Source of the DNA: the human T2T-CHM13v2.0 reference genome, Homo sapiens | DNA length: 64,000 nucleotides | Strand: one strand, 5' to 3' | Assembly (NCBI RefSeq): GCF_009914755.1 | Contig: NC_060926.1 | Part shown: positions 29,030 through 47,685 of the stretch, in pieces | Layout: each line of letters starts with the position of its first letter | Numbering within the stretch: the first letter of the stretch is position 1 | The notes under the pieces: model-generated | Database searches by the model: none | The model's input: the letters and a program-made list of their open reading frames with translations, nothing else | What the model was told of the DNA's origin: nothing | Position numbers and translations under genes: made by a program

Positions 29030-32000
29030 TTTTTAAATAAAATTTTTATTTTAAAACATCCCTGAACATGTTTCCTTGCAATTGATGTTCTACAATTTTA
29101 AAAATGTTTGCTTCGTATTCCATCTTACATTAACTTTAAAATATTGTCAATTTAAAAAATCAATTCCAATTAATTGATATTATGAATAATGACATAATAA
29201 ACATATTTGCACATTAACATTCCCATTAATAAGTGTATAACAGTGCCCATTTCACTGAGTCCTAGCCACTACTATATATTTACATTGAAAACAAACCAAC
29301 TTTCCTGCCCTGATAGGCAAAAAAAAAAAAACTAACTGTGCATGCATATAATTAGAGTTCAATATTTAAGATTTTTAAGGTGAAATTTACAATGAAATAC
29401 CCAAATCTTACGTGTATCATTCTATAAGTTTTTAACATGTAAACCCGAACCTCTATTAAGTTATAAAACATTACTATGAACCCCAGAAAATGCCTTCCTT
29501 CCCTTCTCAGTCAACACTTACCTTGCCCTTCAGAGGCAACCACTCTTCTAGTTTTCTCCATCATGGATTTTACCTGTTCTAGAAGTTTATGAAAATGGAA
29601 TTATATGTAGTCTTTTGTTAAAAACATCTTTCACTCAGCATAATGTTTTTGAAATTTATCCATACTGTTGCATCTAGGAGCAGTTTCTTTCATTTTTTTA
29701 CCAAGTAGTATTCCATTCTATGAATATACCACAGTAGGTTCAGCCATTCTTTTGCTGATGAACACCTGGGCTGTTTCTAGTTTTTGGCTATTGCAAATAA
29801 AGCTGTTATGAATGTTCTGGTACAATTGTCTTTTTTGTTCACATATGCTTTCATTTTTCTTAGGTAAACACCTAGGAGTAAAATTATTAGGCTCTTGGGT
29901 AGGTATATGTTAAGTTTTGCAGTGAATTGCCAAGACTTTTTAAAATGGTTGTACAATTTTATAGTCCCACCAAGAGTACATGAGAATTATGGTTACTCCA
30001 CATCTTAGCCAGCATTTAGCACTGTCAGTCTTTTTAATTTTAGCCATTGTGGAGATGCATAGCCAGTCTACTTTTTAATTAATGAATATTGGGAATGTTT
30101 AACATAGTCATTTATATATAGCTCAAAATTTGAAAGGTGCAAAGACTATACAAGTAAAAGGTGAGTCTCTATCCTAGCCATTACTTTGCCACCCGGTTTT
30201 TGTATATACTTCTAGAGATAGTCTATGCATATTAAATACATACAAGTATGAATTCCTTTTAAAGATATTTTCACACAAAACCGTATCTTGTTTTTTAACC
30301 TAACAATATTTCAGTTATTATTTCATCTCAGTATACACAGTATTTAACCAGCTCTGTTTCCCTGCACTTAGATTGTTCCTAGTCTTTTGTTATCATAAAA
30401 AATGCTGCAAAAGATTTTCCATATGTGTGTGTAAATACAAAATTTTATATGTGAAAGTATATCTTTATGTAAACTCTTAAAAATGAAGATTGGCGAGTGT
30501 GATAGTTTTATATGTCACTTGGCTAGGCTATAGTATCCAGTTATTTAATCAAATCTAGGTATGCTATTAAGATATTACGGTTAATATTTACAATCGGTTG
30601 ACTTTAAGCAAAGATTACCCTTAAAAATATGGATGGGTCTCATCTAATCAGTTGAAGGCCTTAACAGCAAACACTAAGGTTTTCAGAAAAAGGATGACTT
30701 CTTCCCCAACACTGTAGCATTAACTCCTGCCTGAATTCTCAGCCTGCTGGCCTGCCCCACATATTTTAGACTTGCCAGACCCTACAATCATCTGCACCAA
30801 TCCCTTAAAATAACACTCTTTATACATGTATTCCATTGAGTCTGTTTCTCTGGAGAAGGCTGACTGACTGATAGCATTGAATTAAAGAGGATGAGTGTTT
30901 TAAATTTTTATGGATATTGCCATATAGTCTTCTAGAGAACTATTTATACATTACAAATAATATTTTAATGTTTCTGTTCCTTCTACATATTCACCAACAT
31001 AGTGTGATACCAAACTTTCTCTCATCTGATAAGTTTAAGACAGTATCTTATTTTAACTTTAATTTGCATTTTCATCCATTAAATAATTTAATGTTTTAGT
31101 CTTTTTATTTTGTGTGATAGGAGACAGGAACATAATTTTATTTCTCACATAATAGATAATATAACCCATTATCCCTGTGCCATGGAGTCAGTAAATGATA
31201 TTTTTTCTCATTCTAAAATGCCACCATTGTCATGTACTAAAAATATACTTATGAGTATTTGGGATATCCCTTTATACACATATTACTGGGTCAAAGCATA
31301 TGAAGAGTGCCATTTATTGACTAGGCTGCTCATTCCCTACTAGTTTGAAATGCTTCTTTTTTCATACATTAAATTATATGTATATATATATATATCTGAT
31401 TCTATATATTTGAATATACTTGTATATATACAAATATTTGTATATACTTGTATATATACAAATATTTGTATATACTTGTATATATACAAATATTTGTATA
31501 TACTTGTATATATACAAATATTGTATATACTTGTATATATACAAATATTTGTGTATATACTTGTATATATACAAATATTTGTGTATATACTTTTATATAT
31601 ACAATAATGTATTCTATATATTTTCCATTTTGTTCTATTGTTTTGCCCTCCTATTGTGGTTTGACTACTGCAATGTTTTATTTTCCTTCTCTTTTTTTGT
31701 GCATATAATATATGGTAAACCAAGATCTCAGTTTTCTCCCCAAAATTTTCATAGGTATTTTTGCTCATCGATGAACTTTAAGATTGTTTTATGTATTTTT
31801 AAAATTAAATTTTGGTTCAATGTCACTAATTACCTAGATTAGACTTTGGAAAATTGGCATATTTATAGTGCTAGGTTTTTCCCCAGTTTTCACATGATTT
31901 TTTTTTCTTTTTGAGACAAGGTCTCATTCTGTCACCCAGGCTTGAGTACAGTGGCATATCCACAGATCACTGCAGCCTCGACCTCCCAGGCTCAAGTGAT

Positions 32001-32520
32001 CCTCCCACCACAGCCTCCCAAGTAGTTCAGACTACAGGCATCTGCCACTACACATGGCTAATTTTTGTTTTGTATTGTTTTGTTTTGTGTTTTATAGAAA
32101 TGGGATTTCCTCATGTTGCCCAGGCTGGTCTTGAACTCCTGAGCTCAAGAGATCTGCCCACCTCAGCCTTCTTTGGGCCAGGATTACAGGTGTGAGCCAT
32201 CATGCCCAGCCTTACATGATTCTTTAAGCAAGTTTATTTCTCTAAAAATAGGACAATCATATGATTTATAAATAATGACAAATTTACGCCATCCTTTCTA
32301 GTATTTATCATATTTACTTTGATTTGGAAACAAATTGCATTGGCTAACTCTGAAAAGACAATAGTAAAAAATAATGATTGTATTGATATCTTGCTTGTGA
32401 TTTAATGAGAATGTGTCTAATTTTCCCATATCAAGAATAATGTCAGTTGGTAGTTATGAATAAATAAATACTTGTATGTATGGGGGTATAGGAAATAATT
32501 TATTCTTAAGAATGTAAGAA
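29030..32520 (-). mobile_element. Degenerate L1M fragments containing an MLT2D-like LTR (about 30497-30870) and an AluJ (about 31898-32211)
   Basis: L1 3' motifs (tcactcagcataatgtttttga; aatggttgtacaatttt). MLT2 motifs (catctaatcagttgaaggcc; tctgtttctctggagaa). Confidence 0.65.
31406..31604. repeat. 28-bp AT-rich palindromic minisatellite, about 7 copies
   Basis: Unit atatacttgtatatatacaaatatttgt, with 26-nt and 30-nt variants. Confidence 0.92.
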
Positions 32521-32719
32521 AGTTTTTATTTCATAAATATGTAAATATTCCATTTTATTTTACTAATGCTGACTTCTGTATTCAGCTCTAATGTTTTCTC
32601 ATATACAAGGATTATGAGGGAAGCAAGGTGGATTTTTAAAACTTAGTGTGTTTACATTGTTCAAGCAAGGTGGATTTTTAAAACTTAAGATTATTTATAT
32701 TGCTCAAGCCCATCTACTA

Positions 32720-32905
32720 CAACAATGCTTCTTTTAGCACTTAAAAATCACCCAGAGTGCTTATTAGAACACAGGTTCCTGTCCCCTCATCTCCTGAAAT
32801 TCTTGTTCATTAGGTCTGGGTTGGGGCTCAAGTGCTGCGTTTCAGACAAACTTTCAGGTGATGGTGCTGCTACTGGTCTATAGACAAACTTTAAATGGCA
32901 CTGTA
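32720..32905. mobile_element. MER5-like hAT MITE
   Basis: aatcacccagag...ggtctgggttggggc...caggtgatg..gctgc..ggtc pattern. Confidence 0.6.
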
Positions 32906-33658
32906 CTAATTAACAGGTGACTCACTCAAGGTGCTCTTGAGCAAGCCGACCCAGAATGTCTCTATGACTTGTCATCTAAGCCTTCCTCATCTCATTTCAC
33001 CTGCTGCTCTATTCAAAAGCCTCCTATATTTCACTAAAATCCTCCGTCTTAGTGAATCCTTCCATAAAACACATAATTAGCACTTACATCATGCACATAT
33101 ACTTTTTTTCATTTTAATATGTTACATGGATAAAAGCCTCCTTGATCAGCAGTAGTAGGATCTTCTTGGTAGTTCTAATCACTGGTATTTAGGCAACAAG
33201 TATCAGTACCTTACGGGTACCTCAACATGCCTTCTCTTTTTCTTTCACAATAATAAAATATTTGGCTGAGTCCATGGAAGTCAGAAATAAATAGAACATT
33301 TTTGAGCCTCCATTGCAGCTAAGATTAGTTCTGTCATCAGTGGGATTTAGGAGGAGGTAGAGTATGGCACTTTCCAGGAACCTTCCTTACCAGACAGCTC
33401 CCAAACACCCATTGTCTCCCATTCTCCCTTTCCTCCATTTGGTGGCTTGGCATGAGTTACCATACCTGGCACCATAAAGTTAAGGCCACACACAAGAAGT
33501 AAGTAGAAGGAGTCCAGGTCCCTGTCACCATGGAAAGCCTTGCCATGGAAAGCTCTGGACCACCTGTCTAGAGCTCTACAAGAAAGAAGTACTCATTTCT
33601 CTCCTGTTTAGCTGATTGTTAGTTCGGGTTTTCTGTCATTTGCAGCTGAACCTAATCT

Positions 33659-33990
<332 letters not shown>

Positions 33991-34564
33991 AGCTGAACCT
34001 AATCTTAACTAAATCAGTGGGGCAATTAGAAGAGGTATCTAAAAAGTTAAGTCTCAGCAAAGGAACCCTTTGTTCCAACCTGACGAACTCCAACAGTCTC
34101 GTTTGTGTGGTTACAGGATTGTAAACATTTAGATCCTGTCAATGCCTTAAAACATCTAATTGACCAAGACATGCTCTCATAAATCCACTAATTTAGTACA
34201 TTCTGTTTCTGTTGCCACATAGTACATAATATGCTTGTGTACATAATTACATAATTAAATGCTTATAAACCCTCTGAGCAAATACATTTATGTGCTTATC
34301 ATTAACCTAAAACATTTCTCTCCTGATAGGTATTACTCATCATTTCCACATCTGTTACATGATTCTTTTTAAATTTCTTCCCTTACCGTATTCCTCCCCC
34401 ACCAAAAAACTAAAAGAATCATGTAGACATTTATGGCCGTATTTCTATATATTTAAGTTCAATCTCATCATGTCCTCTCTCAATTTTTTCACAATTTGTG
34501 ATTATTAAATAACATATTGACCAAGAATTCATATTCAAAGGAAATGAATACTCAGTAGAGTATA

Positions 34565-34566
<2 letters not shown>

Positions 34567-34604
<38 letters not shown>
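34567..34604. repeat. (TG)19 microsatellite
   Basis: Direct count. Confidence 0.95.
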
Positions 34605-34607
<3 letters not shown>

Positions 34608-35024
34608 AAAAAAATGATAGACTTCAGGTTACGATTTGATCAGAAGCTTTGAAAAGAGAATAATCTGTAGATATAAGTACTTAAGTGATAAGTTGAAATT
34701 GTTCTTACTTTTTATTTCCATTTTGGTGACCACGGAGATACTATAAGCAAAGAACACCATCAGAGATTAGCTATGGGTAGCAGTGATATTATTTGGTCTT
34801 AAATCTACATATTCTCTGTTTTTTGTTAGCATTATAATCAGTTCCTGTTTTTATGTTTCATGATAAAGGCAAGTGGATTTTTGTAATACTTAACTATTTA
34901 TTATAAAGTTTTTGCTGTGTCTCCCCAGACTGGACCATTTATCCATGAAGCTTGAGTGACTAGAAGGCTTGTTAGACTTGTTCATTATAGGAAAATGTGC
35001 TTGCTCACTTGTCATTAAATGTAT

Positions 35025-35235
35025 CAGTTGTGTGCTAAAGCCTACTCACACCAGCCTGCAAAAGCCAGTGAGGAATATATCTTCCCAACTCTGCTTTCAG
35101 TGACTTCATGTTATTAGCTTGAAATAAGCCAGAGTAGGAATATTATTGACACCACCAAAATAGGCAAATGCTAAAAATCACAGCTCTTTTCTTACCCTAG
35201 AGAGCTGGTTGTAAAATATTTACCAGCACATTACT
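35025..35235. mobile_element. MER63-like hAT element
   Basis: tgtgct...agcc start and gagagctggttg..aaatatttaccagcaca end, forming imperfect TIRs. Confidence 0.5.
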
Positions 35236-36199
35236 AAAATATTTGTTTTAAGAAATTTAATCTGCTCACTTAAGTTGTAAATGAACTCACTAAATTTGTG
35301 TTAATTAATTTACCGTTCTATCTACTATGTATTTCTTATTAAGCATGGAACATTTTGATTCACTCTTATACATATGGAAAAATTGAACTCTGGCAGAGTT
35401 TATTCAAAAATTTGTCTTTGTACTTATACTTGCTTTTTCAGTTTCTCTATTTTCTTATTTAATTTTTGTCCACTCGATATATAAAAACAGATGGAGGTAT
35501 GTTTAAATATTCCCACTAATGGTTTTGTCAGTTTCATATTTTAAAGTTATATCATTTAGCTTATAGAAATTAATACTGTATTTCTGTTGTGTATTCTACC
35601 CTTAATATAAAATGATTCTTTGTTCCATTTAATGATCTTTTTCTCAATTTCTAGTTTGATAATAATAATGGCACTTTTCCTTTGTTTTACTCTCACACAT
35701 AACTTTATTTTTACCTTTTTATTAACAAGTTATACTTGGACATGATTTTTTGACTCAATATGAAGATCTTTATTATTTAACTTCAAGTTACTTGTATTTA
35801 TTAAGGAATGGATATACATGGTTTCCCTTCTTTTTTTATATATTTTATGCTTTCTTGCTGTTTTTTTAAAAATTATTTACTATGTTGTGTTAGGATCCTT
35901 GCTTTTTTCCCCTTTTGGTGATTTGACATTTTTATTTTGTTAATGGTTAAACTACACTGTCCATATTTCAATTTTTTTATTATGGACCAATCTTTGATTG
36001 CCTAGAATAATTTTAAGAAGTATATGTGATAAATTAGAAAATTTTTTGCAGCTAACGCTACAAAATATGATTCCCTCTCCAATATAGGGTTGCCAGCAAT
36101 TAGGTAGCAAAACACTCACAGCCCAATTAATAAACAGGCATAGGATATGAACAGAAAGAAATACAAATGATCTTTAAACTTATGACAACATATTTACCT

Positions 36200-36372
36200 T
36201 TCTTTTTTTGCTTTTTGAGACAGGGGCTTGCTATGTTGCCCAGGCTGGAGTGCAATGGCTATTCACAGGTGTGATCATAGCACACTATCACCTCCAACTC
36301 CTGGCTTTAAGTGATCCTCTCACCTTATCCTCCTGAGTAGCTAGGACTACAGGCAGGGGCTAGTGCTCTGGC
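36200..36372 (-). mobile_element. FAM-like fossil Alu monomer
   Basis: Single arm retaining the 7SL-like ggctattcacaggtgtgatcatagcacac segment. Confidence 0.75.
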
Positions 36373-37789
36373 ATCTAACCTTTTTTTTTTTTTTCATCAT
36401 TTTGAATTTGTCTTTTTAAGTTCTGGGAAAATTTCTTGAACATGTTTCCTAATTCCCTGAATCAAAGTTTTATCATATTTCATTTGCTTTTATTTCTTCT
36501 TATTGTTTATAATTTAGGAGCTGTGATTTGCATTTCCAAGAGCTCTTTCCTACTCTCAATTATTTTCCTTTTCATGGTTATGTGTCATAGTTTTATCAAT
36601 GTATTGTCTTTATCAGTCTTGTTGAAAGCATACATTAGAAGTTTCCAAACTTATTTCTTCAGGAACAACTTACTGTGATGATTCAGATTGGCTGCAGCTG
36701 TTCAAAATGTTATATATGTTTCTATATCTGATGATTTTCTCCCATCATCCTAAAGAGATTCTAGTTATACCGCTAATCACAATAGCTAGTGTTTATTGTG
36801 CATTTATTATAAGACAAGATTTGTGCTAAAGGATCCACACATGCCATTTAAGTAATCTTCACAACAGCTAGAAGTAATCTTCACAACAGCTGGATGCTAA
36901 ATATTACTATCCTCATGTCCTAAGGGTACTACAAGTTCTCCACCCTTTCACAAGAATAAGATTACTTCACAGAGTATTCTGGGCACCGCCCAATCTACCC
37001 ACCTGCAAGAAATGAACTACTGAACTGAAAGGAGAGTGCTTCATTTCTTGCAGGTGGGTAGATTGGGATGTGCATTTCCCCCACCTGTGCAGAAGATCTA
37101 TTTTTCCCAGCTACTACCTCCAAGCCAAAAGTGTTCTGGTATCCACAGCTATAGTTCAGTTAGCTTTAGCTTTGCTTTGGTAGTTCTACTTTGGTCTTCC
37201 AGATAATCCCAGCCACAGTAAGTAACCTTTACATGTCCTTCAGAGACTTACGTTTAAAAGGCAATACTACATGTTTACCAAGCTTAAGCTGTAAATGAAC
37301 TCCCTGAATTTGTGTTAATTAATTTACCATTCTATCTACTACGTATTTCCTATTAAGCATGGAACATTTTGATTGGCTCTTACACATGTTTACCAAACTT
37401 ATATGAGCTCCATAAATAATTCGTATCAGTCAGGTGTTGGAACCAATTCTGCCTCGTCTATGTGGATTTCTGTTGCAAAGTCTTAGATCTAGAACACGTC
37501 ATGTTATAGTCATTGTGTTTTTCACATGGCTTAGAGGTCCAAATTCCCTGGAAATATAGTGAAACAGAGGGAGCTATGGCAGGATATTTGTATACTATGT
37601 CCCTGCAGCAGCATGAAGATAGCTGGGCCACTATCCCATTTCTTTGCCTCACACAGTTGCCTTCATTAGCAGTAAGCCATAGTGGGGTCCCTACTCTTTT
37701 CCTGACGCTGCTATCCTTACCATGTGTAAACCTAAATGCAAGCTACAATGGGGGATGAACCAACTGGGCAGGTGTTTGAGCTACCAATA

Positions 37790-38250
37790 TATAAGGGGGT
37801 AACATATCTACCACTGCATAACAGATCACCCCAAAACTTAGTGGCTAAAAATCATAGTTATTTACTATTGTTTATGTGCCTTCTGGGTAGTGGGGTTGGT
37901 ATCTACGCTGGGTTAGATGGCTGGCTCTGTTAATTTTGGCTGGGTTTGCTCTTAAGCCTGTGGATCAGCTGATGGGGCAACTTTGCTCCACTTGTTTCTT
38001 ATTCTCTTTGGCCCAGTGGGCTAGCAGGGTGAAGGCAGAAATGCAAAAGGAAATGCAGAAAGATTCATGGTCTCCTATGGCCTAAGCTCAGAACAGGCAC
38101 ACTGCACTCTGCCCAAGTATCACTCGCCACAAGTCCTATAATTAGTTCAAAATCAAGGGAAGGGAAGACAGTCCACTGACATCAAGGGTTTGAAAAGAAT
38201 GTAGTTGCAGGACGTGGTAAGGAATTGAGATCAATAATACAATCTAATCC
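37790..38250 (-). mobile_element. Old MLT1 MaLR LTR
   Basis: ctgcataaca...ccccaaaacttagtggctaaaa is the reverse of an MLT1 3' end. Confidence 0.55.
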
Positions 38251-38381
38251 AGGAAATGCATTTACCAAGACCTCCTTTAAAAGGAGTATTGTATGTGTTT
38301 GGAAGGAATTCTTTGTTAAGAAACGTAAAGTTTGAGATAAAATCCCCAAAGGATTTGTATGTTTAAAACCAGTTGATCACG

Positions 38382-38704
<323 letters not shown>

Positions 38705-41025
38705 TCACTAAACTACTGTTCAAGGAATAACGTTAGGTTAACCAAGGCACTTTGTTTTACGGAGCAGGATATGTGAATTTGGACCAGAGCCAAATGCTTG
38801 GGAGGAGAGAAAAGGGACTTCGGGCTGCTACCATTCTCTGTCTTTTATTCACGGGGTGTTTACTCTCTTCTATAAATAGATGCTTAATAGAAATTCAGTT
38901 TAACGGGGCAGCATATTTCCGCACAGCCAAGGGCACCTGCATATTCTGTTCCAGACCTAGCTAGAGGAAAACTCCCTGTAGAACGTGCTGGACTCATCTG
39001 GGCCCACACAGACTTCCTGAAACCCCTCTTGCCTCCAGCCCTTCCTGCGTGGAGTGGGGAATGTCAGTGTTGTTCTTGAAGGACACACTCTTATTTACTT
39101 TCAAGTTAAACTTGTTTTTCACATGTGGTGTGCATTGAGTTGGGACAGCCCTACCCACAATTGTGTGGCACCTGCAGTCTATTTTGTGGAAATTTCTCAA
39201 AGTCTGTACAACAGATAGGTTTTTTGTTTTGCTATGTAATCCACGTGGTAACTGATGTTTCAGCCTAAGTTTAACCTGGAAAGAGAAACCTCCTGAATAT
39301 TTAGACTAGAGCATCTTTAATGCAGAGAATTGTCTACCCACAGAAATAAAAAAGCTAAGATGTCAAAATGTGGCCATTAAAGCAACCTAAATATTAGCAA
39401 CATCAGGAAGCCTCTACCATGCTCAAGCTGGAGGGACCGAAGGAGGAGGGGGTAGTATAGGGGCACAAGGTCACCAGAGGGTGACTGCTGTCACGCTGGG
39501 CCTGATTACCTGGATCCCTCCTTCCCCTCCCCCTGCAGCTGCTGGAAGAGAACTTCCCAAGGCAGAGGGAGCCTGGCTTCTCTAGTGCCTCCCACTGGCT
39601 GAACCCGGCTGTCAACAGCAGCCATGGAGCCTGGGAAATTGGGTTTATAGCCACCCCCGTTCAGTACCCAAAAAGAGTGGGAAGACGTTAAAGGAAGTAT
39701 TTGCAGGCAAACAGGCCCACAGCTGGCAAGCTCCTTCTCCCCATCTGAAGAACTTTTAAAAACCTAGTGCCCTCCCCAAGATTTATATGAATGAGGAGAC
39801 TGGTTTGGCTCCAAACTCCCTTCCACTGAATACGTCAGGTTTAAGGATCATCTCAGCATCATAAAGGTGCTATTCTTATTAACACAGATAAAAACTTTTC
39901 TTAATTTTCACTAAACAAAACAAAATAAAAAAGAAAACTTACAGGACATTCATGAGCATATCTGACTCTATGAAGGTATACAGGAACAAAGAGATTTGCA
40001 TTAAGAGTAATACAAACACTTTTCAAATGCTATCAGACAATCTTGTGCTTAAAAAAAAAAGTCCCACTGTCATTTCTGCAGATTGGGCTCCTATTTTCTT
40101 CCATCTCATTCAACCTTCATCTCTATTCTCTCTCTCTCTCTTTTTTTCTTCATCTTCACTTTGCTGCATTCCTCACAAGGTCAAAAAATTAAAAAAAAAA
40201 CAACAGCCGTAGTTACTGCCTCCCCTGACCCCTTGTCTTTGTGTGTTTGTGTGTGTGTTTTAGCTCTCTTAAATCTCTCCTCCCAACTGAGTCCCCAGAC
40301 TGATCTTTGCACATCCAAGGCCTTGGGCTGAAGTTTTGAAAATGATATTGGAAGGTTCTCATAAGGGCAGAATGGTTAGGGAGATCCTCTGTCCCCACTG
40401 GCCCTGGAGAGCCATATCCTGCCTGGTTTAACATTTATCTCTGATTTTTCATTTTCAATGAAGCATTTTTACTAAAGTTGCATGATAATAAGCCAGGACA
40501 GGGTTGGTAGACGCTTATCATGCACATCCAACTTCTACGTGAGAGTTACATGTACAGCAAGCAGAGTTCTCACTTCTCTGTGTGGTTAAGTCTGAAAGAT
40601 GACTAGTAGTAATCTTCCAGACCCTTCCTGCAGGCAGTGTAACAATCATCTCCTTTAAACAACAACATGCTGGGTGCTCACTGATACAAGGAAGCTTATC
40701 CTGACATAAGTGACTAGTACAAGAAGCGAATGCTCCTTTCCTCTAGTGGACATGAGAAAACTATCCAAAACTGCAGTCACCTGGTGTTCCAGCTGGTTGC
40801 GCTATCTGCCGCTTGCCAGATGCATAAAGCTACCAGGAGATTAGTTGGTGGGACTGGTAGGAAATAGGGGAAATTATGGTTTAGGTGTACATGAAATATC
40901 TGTGGGAAATTGAGGCTGAGCATTCTTACTGTAGAATGTCCTAGGTAATCTGAACAATCTTTCTCTAGTATAACCCTTTGTTTTATTGTTTCATAACCCA
41001 TTTTATTTTGCAATAAAAGCTTTCA

Positions 41026-41699
<674 letters not shown>

Positions 41700-43294
41700 T
41701 CCTCCCTTTCTTTACGTTCTCCCTTTCTTAACAAATTATCTCCAAAAATAATTCTTAAAAAAAAAGTCTAATCTAGTTGTGTTTTGGCTTTATTATTTAC
41801 CTAGAGGCAGTGAGGAGTGTTAATTAACCAAACGAGCCTCCTCCCTTGAGTTTGCTCAGCAAATCTAGAGCCATAGAGAATTAAGCAACTACAACTGTGT
41901 GAAGCCAGCGAATTTCTGCCAGACATTTTTACAAGTCATTATAGATTTTTAAAGGCCTCTATTATTTGCTTTTGTATTCTAAGGCTAGAAAACCAAGTTC
42001 ATGCGACTCTCCAATGCACTACCTATAGTTTGGGTGAATTCCTCGCTGCTCAAGAACCCCCAAATTTGACAGCTTCTGGCCTGCTAAGGAGTAAGCTTGC
42101 GTACTACCTGTGAGGCTGGGATCTTGAAAGCCATAGAATAAGACCAAGCCAGTTTTCCTGGAAGGGCTTTTACAGCATTGATTCCACATAAAAGTACAAC
42201 TCTGGTTCCTTAATGGTGAGCTTGTTACACTTGAGTGCAGAGAATTAGTCACAAGTATGGTACATCAGGTTTAGCCTTAGTTGCACAAATAATGTTCCAT
42301 TTTTTCTCTAGCAAAGGCAAGAGACATTCTCACTGAACATATGCAAATAACCATATTGCCATGAAAAATAAGAATGCTCAGTAAGAGTATTTGCTTCTTT
42401 TGAATATGCTTTCTTATTTAGCCAAACAGAAAGTTACAGATAAAATAAGAAGAAAGAAAAGGGACTTCCATGTATACATATGAGCAGAATATAGAACATA
42501 CATATAATGCCAATAACATTTCCAATAAACCCAGTACAAGTAAACATCTCTATCGGTTCATGCTATTCTATGTAATTAATTCTTATACCCCTGGATTTTG
42601 AATCATTAGTCTGCCACCTGCTTCTGGGCTAAAAAGAATCCTGGAAATGTCAACTCAGTCCTAGGGTATAGTCTGAAAGTTGTCTGTCTTGTCAGCTCAA
42701 AAGCCAGCAGCCAGAGGCTTATTTTTGAAGGGTGTGGCCCTTCACATGAGGCTCGACACTGCTTTATTGAAGACCCAATTTTCATCTCATAGCTTGTGGC
42801 AGAACCTTCAGGACAGCATTAGGGGACAAGAGAACTACTTGTAATGGCACAACTAATTGGTTGTTGTTAATTTATTACAATAACCAGTACAATTAGAATG
42901 GAGGAGAATGTCCTTTATTGCAGTTACTATTACTGTTACATAAGGAAGTGATCATTATGTCTCCTGAAGATAAAAATATATCATGGACAGTGAAGGCATT
43001 GATACTTTTCCAGGGCTTTCTTTTTCTTTCTGGAAAGTGCACAATCTCTGAAACATTTATATTAAACACATTTTACCAATATTAAGTATCTTGTGATTTG
43101 ACAACTCTGTTCATGAAATTCTTAGGGCAATTTTGAGTTAATTAAGCAACATGGCCTAGCATGGTGGTGCACACCTGTAGTCCCAGCTACTTAGGAGGCT
43201 GGAAGGATCACTTTAACCTAGGAGTATGAATCCAGCTTTGGCACATAGCAAGACCCCATCTCTTGGGGGAGGGGGGAAAATAAAAGCAACAGAA

Positions 43295-46941
<3,647 letters not shown>

Positions 46942-47685
46942 CTCTTTTTCTTTGTCCTAACTACAGATTTGCAGAATCCCTGAGAGACTGTAACTACCTA
47001 TGGCTCTTCTCCCCCTATTAATATTTTTTTAATCTAAAACCAGGGAACCATGAGATATTTGAAGTGGTTGGAGTGACCTCATTGACAGAAGTGTGCATCC
47101 CTGAGTTCCATAAAAATGCTTAGAGCCCCCCAAAAATCAGTCATCACCAGCCTTCCCCTCCCTCTATTATTCGTTATGAGATTTAGGGTGATAAGCTGAC
47201 TGGTTTCAGAAGGAGCCTGAAGAAAATATGGTGCTATTTGGTAGGTACTCATCTATAACGTTGTTACAGAAGCTTTCACTTTTGAGTCAGGCTTGGTGTG
47301 CTCTTTGGGTCGATAACATTTCAACAACCTTGTATGAGTGCAAGAAATGCCCAGCATCTCTTTCCAGGGTCTCTGAAAGATCATGACCTCAGAGCAAGGG
47401 ACCATGATGTTGGTAATATCTTTAGTGGCTTAACCAAAATTTGTATATTTAATCTTTAATAATTGGGACGCTATGTGTTCATATACATTCTATGAAATGT
47501 CTTATTATTAAGAAACATCTGTCATATTAATTCCAAATGGAAGCAATCTAAATGTAAAATGTGATAAATACTAGCTTTTATATCTAAACTTCCATAAGTA
47601 AAACTTACTGTTCTTTTGGAGGTGAGAATTATAGTATTGGCATATTGGTAGCTTTTAAATCAGGATTTTAGTGTATGTCACTGTT

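Noticed and set aside
31340-31842. Tyr/Ile-rich ORFs and a superficially CRISPR-like array
   Set aside because: These are translations of a tandem minisatellite. There are no unique spacers and no cas genes, and the DNA is human.
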